Assembly: GCA_016218805.1 (NCBI GenBank)
Contig: JACRCW010000065.1
Span: 1-64,000, forward strand
Source of the DNA: Deltaproteobacteria bacterium
GTDB lineage: Bacteria > Myxococcota > JACRCW01
Reading direction: 5' to 3'
DNA: 64,000 nt
In this document: in pieces, positions 58,613 through 64,000 of the stretch
How the letters are laid out: each line of letters opens with the position of its first letter
Position numbering within the stretch: the stretch's first letter is position 1
The notes under the pieces: generated by a model
Told to the model about the DNA's origin: nothing
Databases searched by the model: none
The model's input: only the letters and a program-made list of their open reading frames with translations
Made by a program: the position numbers and the translations under genes

Positions 58613-59002
58613 ATGACCCTCACGATCAGCCAGCACGGCAGCTTTTTGGATGTTGTTGTCAGTGACACCCTCACCTCTGATGACGTGGCCGACCTGCTGC
58701 GCGCTTTGGACACGCAACGCCTCAACGGCCCGTTTGTGATCCTCACGGACACCAGCGGCATGAAGGCTGCGCCGCGCCCGGTGGTCATGTCCTTTGTGGA
58801 AGGCATGAAGAACCGCCCGCCGCTCAAGGACATCTGGCTGGCGGATGCGGTCGTGGTGAACTCGCCCGCTGCGCGGTTTGTGCTGTCAACCTTGCTGATG
58901 ATTGCGCCAATGCCCACGCAAGTGAAGGCATTTGACAAGCGCGCGGATGCCGAACACTGGCTCACTGACGTGCTCCGCCATGCCCAGCTGAAATCCGCCT
59001 GA
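58613..59002 (+). CDS. STAS/SEC14 (SpoIIAA-like) small protein
   Basis: PFVILTDTSG..AVVVNSPAARF..KAFDKRADAEHWL. Confidence 0.8.
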   Translation: MTLTISQHGSFLDVVVSDTLTSDDVADLLRALDTQRLNGPFVILTDTSGMKAAPRPVVMSFVEGMKNRPPLKDIWLADAVVVNSPAARFVLSTLLMIAPMPTQVKAFDKRADAEHWLTDVLRHAQLKSA

Positions 59003-59192
59003 ACATGCGCAGCAAGGGAAGTTCCTTCCAGACAAAGGACTAATCGCGCCTACTTGGTGCGCCTCCGCGGCTCTGATTTGCCCCCTGAGCGTCACCGGCA
59101 GACGGGGGCCGCCTCGGCGTGACGGTGTGTCGCGCGTTTGGCGAAGTGTCCAAGTCCACGTCGCGAGTGCACGCAGTTGACGGTGGCCAAGC

Positions 59193-59747
59193 CTACTCGC
59201 GCAGATACCGCTGGACAGCCTGTCTGGACACGCCCAGCAAGCGGGCCGCTCGGCTTCGGTTCATGCGGCGCTCGCCGAGCGCTGCTTCCATCATCTCACG
59301 TCGAAGTAGGTCAGTGGCCTGCGGGATCGAGACGTGGCCAAGGAGAGCCCGGCCGAGTTCGCGGATCTGGCCGCGGCGGTCTCGTTGGGCCGCAAGAATC
59401 GCCTCCAGTCCCGCCGTTGTCAGAGGACGCCAGGCCGTCCGGTGGAGAAGGACCGGCCCTTCCTTTCTGTACCTACGAACCGCAACAACAAGTTGCGCCG
59501 CGTGAAGCGGAAAAACATCGCCTGGGGCCACACATGGGTCATCAAGGGTGTCCCAGCACACCAGGTCCGCCAAGGCAGACGTCCCCCGCGGGGAGACGGT
59601 GATGCAGGTATCGGTGGCGGTACATCGCAGGGGACCGACCAGCTGCTCCCAAAGGAGGAGGCGAACTTGAGGGGCAGCGATCCAGACGGAAAACCGGCGC
59701 TCGCTTGCTGTGTTTGGAGCCGTTTCTGCCAAGCACTCCTGCGTCAT
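59193..59747 (-). CDS. Fis-type HTH regulator without AAA+ domain
   Basis: C-terminal EAALGERRMNRSRAARLLGVSRQAV; start MTQECL. Confidence 0.7.
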   Translation of the reverse strand: MTQECLAETAPNTASERRFSVWIAAPQVRLLLWEQLVGPLRCTATDTCITVSPRGTSALADLVCWDTLDDPCVAPGDVFPLHAAQLVVAVRRYRKEGPVLLHRTAWRPLTTAGLEAILAAQRDRRGQIRELGRALLGHVSIPQATDLLRREMMEAALGERRMNRSRAARLLGVSRQAVQRYLRE

Positions 59748-59807
59748 TGTCCCACCGCCAGCATGTTTGTTGACGCGCTTTGATAGCGTCACGCCGGATG
59801 CAGGCGC

Positions 59808-59827
59808 ACCCCCCCGATCGGGGGGGT
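59808..59827. promoter_or_regulatory. 20-bp palindromic operator-like box, copy 4
   Basis: ACCCCCCCGATCGGGGGGGT upstream of the minus-strand Fis-HTH gene. Confidence 0.8.
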
Positions 59828-59915
59828 TTTTCTGGAATTCCACGACCACGCAGAGAAGGCCCCCACAGGTGGCGGCAGCAAGCACCAGCCCCCAGGCGGC
59901 GCATGTTCCTCAGAA

Positions 59916-60563
59916 TCACGAAGCCCCCACGCGGTCGTTGCGTGTGCGTTCGCGCTGAGCCTGGAGCCGAGAGAAGCACTCCTTGAGGCCCTCCTTCAAA
60001 GAACGGAGCGTAGGCACATCACCGATGTCCACGCCGCTTTGGACAAGCGTCTGGGCGATCTCCGGGCTGATGCCGGTGACAACGCAATAGGATCCCAGCA
60101 GCCGGGCCGACCGGACCATCTTGATGAAATGGTCCGCGGTCATGGTGTCCACCACGCTCACGCCTGTGATGTCGATGATCACGCACTTGGCCCGCGTCTC
60201 CACGATGCGGTGCAGCAGCTTCTCGGTCATCTCGACAGAGCGCTGCGTGTCCACGACCCCCACGACCGGCAAGGTCAGGATGTCGTCCCACAGGTCGATG
60301 ATGGGGGTCGAGAGGTCCCGAATGGCGAGTTGTTGGCTTTCGATAAGGCGCAGCTGTTCAGCTTGTCTCTTGCGCACCTCCTGGGCCTGCTGCAGTTCGC
60401 TGAGGAAGACGCTTAGCGTGGCCTCAAGCTGTCCAAAGTCATCCTCTTCGTGGTGGGCCAACAATGCGGCGGCCTGCTCAATGGCGTCGACTGACGCAAA
60501 GGAGAGCACCTGCATTACGCGTGTGAGGCGCTCGGTGCTGATGGTGATCGTTGCTGCGGTCAT
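59916..60563 (-). CDS. rsbR: RsbR-like STAS protein
   Basis: LSTPII..LPVVGVVDTQRS..IIDITGVSVVDT..TGISPEIAQTLV. Confidence 0.88.
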   Translation of the reverse strand: MTAATITISTERLTRVMQVLSFASVDAIEQAAALLAHHEEDDFGQLEATLSVFLSELQQAQEVRKRQAEQLRLIESQQLAIRDLSTPIIDLWDDILTLPVVGVVDTQRSVEMTEKLLHRIVETRAKCVIIDITGVSVVDTMTADHFIKMVRSARLLGSYCVVTGISPEIAQTLVQSGVDIGDVPTLRSLKEGLKECFSRLQAQRERTRNDRVGAS

Positions 60564-60609
60564 GCCGTGGATCCTATGGGAAAGGGGGAACTTGGGTCCG
60601 ATGAAGCGC

Positions 60610-61023
60610 TCAGATGGCGGCGGCGCAGGTCTCGCGGCGGTTGGCGATCCATGCCCGCGCGTCGGGTTCGGTGGGGAAGAACTCGCCAGGGTTGTCCCGT
60701 CGGGTGACGAGGTTGACCGCGTTGAAGATCAGCGTCATGACGACCCTGGTCTGGAAGTTCGCGCCAAAGAACGCCATTCCGCGGTAGGGGATGTTCTCGG
60801 TGGCCTTGGCGGCGATTTTTCGCGCCTCGGGGGGCACGGTGCCCAGCCGGCTGATACTCGCCAGGAAGAAGACAAACGGCTTCCCCGACGAGAACCGGAA
60901 GATGTGCCGGTTCAGCTCAGCTGCCTCTTCGGGCGAGAGGTCTCCCACCATCTCAACGCTGACGATGTCCGGGTCCTCGAGGCTCACCATGTGACGACCG
61001 ACTTGATGCGACGCTATGGCCAT
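60610..61023 (-). CDS. STAS/SEC14 domain protein
   Basis: PPEARK..FFGANFQTRV..FFPTEPDARAWI. Confidence 0.82.
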   Translation of the reverse strand: MAIASHQVGRHMVSLEDPDIVSVEMVGDLSPEEAAELNRHIFRFSSGKPFVFFLASISRLGTVPPEARKIAAKATENIPYRGMAFFGANFQTRVVMTLIFNAVNLVTRRDNPGEFFPTEPDARAWIANRRETCAAAI

Positions 61024-61057
61024 GTCGTGTTTCCTTGTTCGTGTGGGTGGTGAAGGG

Positions 61058-61516
61058 TCAGGCGGGCTGGTCCGACTCACGTGCGCGGTGGTCACGTTCC
61101 AGGAGTGCGTCCAGCAGCTCCCAAGCCTTCGCGGACTCGTCAATGCGCGTGGCGTGAATGCCAAGGTGCTCGAGCGCGTCCTCGAGGCTGTGAGCGGAAT
61201 CCAGGTTCTCCAATTCGATGCCCATGGCCTGGAGGGTCATGGCCACCTCCGCGCCCATGCCGCAGAGCACACAGCGAGCACCCATCAACCGGACCGCGGC
61301 GGCGAGGCGCGCGAGTACGGAGCAGAGGTGGCTGTCCATGACGCGCAGGCCGGACGCGTCGATGGCAAGGCCGCGCGCGCCTGTGCGGCGCAGCGTGTGG
61401 AGTACGTTGTGGGTGAGCTGCACGGCGTCGCTGTCGGAAAGCTCGCGTTGCAGGACGACGAGGAGCTGGCCCCAGAGAAGGATCACTGGGACCGCGTCAT
61501 TGTCATGCTTCCTCAT
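61058..61516 (-). CDS. rsbS: RsbS-like STAS protein
   Basis: VPVI..LQRELSD..IDASGLRVMDS..RLMGA..VAMTL. Confidence 0.85.
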   Translation of the reverse strand: MRKHDNDAVPVILLWGQLLVVLQRELSDSDAVQLTHNVLHTLRRTGARGLAIDASGLRVMDSHLCSVLARLAAAVRLMGARCVLCGMGAEVAMTLQAMGIELENLDSAHSLEDALEHLGIHATRIDESAKAWELLDALLERDHRARESDQPA

Positions 61517-61519
61517 CCC

Positions 61520-62086
61520 TCAACCCCCCAGGTCGGCCACCATCACGGTGGCATCGTCAAATGGACTGGCATGGCGCTCCAGCAGGAGGGCGCACGCCTC
61601 GGCGGCGCTTCGGCCAGCGAGTGCGTCCAGCGTGAAGCGGCGGGAGATCCCGTCGGAAAAGAGCACCAAGCGATGTCCCGGCATCACTTCTCCGTCGAAG
61701 ACGTTCAAGCGCGGCCAGCGCGAGCCAAGTATCCCCGCCGACAGTCGGATTGGCAGTGAAGGCCCCGCGCACCGCAACTCCACGTTCCCGACACCGGCGC
61801 CCTCCATCCGCCAGTTCTTCAGCACGCAGACCAGCGCAGCAGCGCCACGTGTTCCCCGAAGGCTGTTGTGGAGTCCGGCAAGGATGGACTCCACGCCATG
61901 GTTGAGGGGTATTTCCTTGAGGGATGCCACGATGGACGCAGTGACCGCGGCGGCGTTCGGCCCGTGCCCCAGCGCATCCACGACTGCGAGCAGAACACTG
62001 CCGCCGTCATGGCGGACGAATGCAGCATCCCCGTTGGCTTGCTCACCCGGGCATGGGCGGGTCCGGTGCTCGACGACCACCTTCAT
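61520..62086 (-). CDS. RsbX-like PP2C/SpoIIE phosphatase
   Basis: NGDA, VVDALGHG, RGAA, GVGNV, FSDGI, DDATV. Confidence 0.88.
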   Translation of the reverse strand: MKVVVEHRTRPCPGEQANGDAAFVRHDGGSVLLAVVDALGHGPNAAAVTASIVASLKEIPLNHGVESILAGLHNSLRGTRGAAALVCVLKNWRMEGAGVGNVELRCAGPSLPIRLSAGILGSRWPRLNVFDGEVMPGHRLVLFSDGISRRFTLDALAGRSAAEACALLLERHASPFDDATVMVADLGG

Positions 62087-62715
62087 AGCGACAACTCCGC
62101 TTCCACGCGGGTGCCGGCTGCGCCGGTCTTGATGTCGAAGTTGTTGGACAGGCGCTTGGCACCGAGGATCCCGCGGCCCATGCCGGTCTTGCTGCGATAG
62201 TTGCCGGTCAGTATCTCCTCAAGATTGGGGATGCCGCCGCCCTGATCGGTCGCGGTGATCCGCAAGCGCAGGGGCCGCAAAGACGTCAATTCCAGCCGCA
62301 CCTTCCCTCCCAGGGTGTAGTTGACAATGTTCCGCGCCAATTCGCTGACGAGCGTCATGGCCTTCTGGGTGCTGAGGCTCCCGGCGCCCGCCGATTCGCA
62401 CATGGACAGCACGTCCGATCGGACCTGGAGGATGCCGTTCTCGTCCCGCACATCCCTGGTCACCGGAGGAAGATTGGCGGGTCCATCCTGCAGGCGGCGC
62501 AACGCCTGCAGCATTGGCTCACGCGCTGCCTCCGGGGCGAACAGGCGCACGCCAGCCTCCAGTTGCCCAACCATCCGCGGCAGATCGGCTGGAGTGGCCG
62601 GCCGGTCCGTCGGTATGCCGGCCTTCTCCCTCGCCCGGCCGATCATGCCCTTCGCCGTGGGGACGGAGAGATGCCGGGTGAGGATAGCCAGGAGTTGTTG
62701 CTCGAATTGTTCCAT
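62083..62715 (-). CDS. RsbT-like serine kinase with extra N-terminal helical domain
   Basis: SELARNIVNY, DQGGGI, SKTGMGRGILGAKRL; start MEQFEQQ. Confidence 0.88.
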   Translation of the reverse strand: MEQFEQQLLAILTRHLSVPTAKGMIGRAREKAGIPTDRPATPADLPRMVGQLEAGVRLFAPEAAREPMLQALRRLQDGPANLPPVTRDVRDENGILQVRSDVLSMCESAGAGSLSTQKAMTLVSELARNIVNYTLGGKVRLELTSLRPLRLRITATDQGGGIPNLEEILTGNYRSKTGMGRGILGAKRLSNNFDIKTGAAGTRVEAELSL

Positions 62716-62994
62716 GCCAGCCCGTCCGCAGGCGGCGAAGCTCTTCATCCCCGCCGCGCTGCGATGTCGAAGCTATCAGCGCTATCACGACGAAAGATAG
62801 ATGAACGCCCGTTCCCGCAACGTACGTTGCGCCACACATTTCCAGCGGCTTTCTCCTGCATGGGCTCATCCCCGACGACAAAATATGACGTGGTTCGAAA
62901 CAACGCGCTGGTGCCAATGCCCAAGTCAGGCACGCTGCCATGACGACACCAAGGTTGACCGGTCCCAAGACGCAGGCAGAGCATCCGTTCCGTC

Positions 62995-63438
62995 ATGCAG
63001 CCGCCGCCACCCAGCGTCGTGTCGACCATTTCCATTGAGCACGTGACGGACGCAGTGGTGGCGGCGTCAGGAGCGCTCCGCCAGGCACTCGCGCAACGCG
63101 CGTCGACGGCGGTTGCGCACGCATTTGCGATCGCGGTGCGCGAGCTGGCCACAAACATTCAGCGTCACGGCGGGGGAGGGGAGGTGCAGCTGGGGATGGC
63201 GCCGGGTCTGCTCTGGGTGCGCGCGCTGGACCGCGGCCCCGGCATAGCGGATGTTGAGTCGGCGCTGCGGGACCATTGGTCGGCGGGCCGCCCACGTCCT
63301 CTGGGAGTGGCGCCCACTGACGGCCTGGGCTGTGGTCTGGGCGCGGTCCGCCGGCTCATGGATGGACTGGAGCTTCATGCGCGTGACGGGGGCGGCCTCG
63401 AGGTGACGGCGTGGAAGCGCATTGTGGGGCCGCGGTGA
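62995..63438 (+). CDS. Second RsbT-like ATP-binding anti-sigma/kinase
   Basis: ELATNIQRHGGGG, DRGPGI, GLGCGLGAVRRLMD. Confidence 0.85.
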   Translation: MQPPPPSVVSTISIEHVTDAVVAASGALRQALAQRASTAVAHAFAIAVRELATNIQRHGGGGEVQLGMAPGLLWVRALDRGPGIADVESALRDHWSAGRPRPLGVAPTDGLGCGLGAVRRLMDGLELHARDGGGLEVTAWKRIVGPR

Positions 63439-63555
63439 TGAGCGCCGCGGCGCGCAGCGGCTGGAGTTGCCATGCGACGGCGGGCGGCGGCTCGTCCCAC
63501 CGGAACATCCTTCTTCAGTATGCCGCGCCGTGTGGCGCCCTTCAGCGGATCACGC

Positions 63556-63999
63556 TCATTGGTGGCAGACTCTTCCGTGGTACTCGCCCACGCCACCCGC
63601 GGCGAAGTCGTACGTTCCGGTTGTGAGCAGCGAGCCGCTCGCGCCGGCGAAATCCTCCGTCCCGCCGGTGATTGTGAAGATCTCGGCGAATTCTCCGTCA
63701 CCGGCGGTGTGGAACGCGCCGCTGTCCTTGAAGAAGAGGTCCCCCCTCCGCTCGCCAGCCCTCGCCCCGAGCACCGTGTCACCAGTGATCAGCACCACCC
63801 CGGTGATTGGCGTCTCGTCGGTGAACGTGATGGTCTGCAACAAGGAGAAGTAGTCACCGCGAATACCCCCGCGGAAGGTTCCGCGCCCGCACACGCCAAT
63901 GGGCGAGGTGCATTCGGGTCCTCCTACCGGGATGAGATCAAAGTGTCCCTCAACGGCATGGCACTTCCCATGCGCCTCCGCGCCAGCACCCGACGACAC
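63556..63999 (-). CDS. Allene-oxide-cyclase/dirigent-like beta-barrel protein (5' end runs off the window)
   Basis: ITGGTEDFAGASG motif; ORF open at the window edge. Confidence 0.55.
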   Translation of the reverse strand: MSSGAGAEAHGKCHAVEGHFDLIPVGGPECTSPIGVCGRGTFRGGIRGDYFSLLQTITFTDETPITGVVLITGDTVLGARAGERRGDLFFKDSGAFHTAGDGEFAEIFTITGGTEDFAGASGSLLTTGTYDFAAGGVGEYHGRVCHQ

Positions 64000-64000
64000 C

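Noticed and set aside
52139..59827. Palindromes as intrinsic terminators
   Set aside because: They sit upstream of start codons, including between divergent genes, and mostly lack U tracts; only copy 4 has a T run.

Overview
High-GC bacterial chromosomal window, most likely Myxococcota (DUF507, DUF6982-like, PEGA-domain Ser/Thr kinase, Cys-rich lipoproteins, sigma-32-family factor). All calls are by eye from motifs and manual folding; no database searches were run. Three parts. (1) 1-3.9 kb: the end of a tRNA array with 13 intact-looking tRNA genes and an orphan His-type 3' half. An HNH nuclease gene sits inside it, and it ends in two Y-RNA-like ncRNAs (one a clear tRNA-mimicking YrlA type) followed by a Ro60/TROVE (rsr) gene. 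Many tRNAs are non-canonical (short-arm Leu, non-U33 loops, Arg-GCG). (2) 4-50 kb: mostly ordinary genes (OPT transporter, M50 protease, SLT, MltG, CopA, Hsp70/J/kinase, CIRCE-preceded sigma-32 factor, LeuA-like enzyme), plus a CHAP-like amidase next to a T3SS-filament-like protein. (3) 50-64 kb: an accessory signalling island with four copies of the 20-bp palindrome ACCCCCCCGATCGGGGGGGT. They lie upstream of a histidine kinase, between a LuxR-type regulator and a LuxI-like/methyltransferase/hydrolase operon, upstream of a terpene synthase, and upstream of a Fis-HTH gene. A rearranged Rsb stressosome-like module follows. The Ro/Y-RNA/tRNA locus and the palindrome-defined LuxR regulon are the best candidates for undescribed systems.
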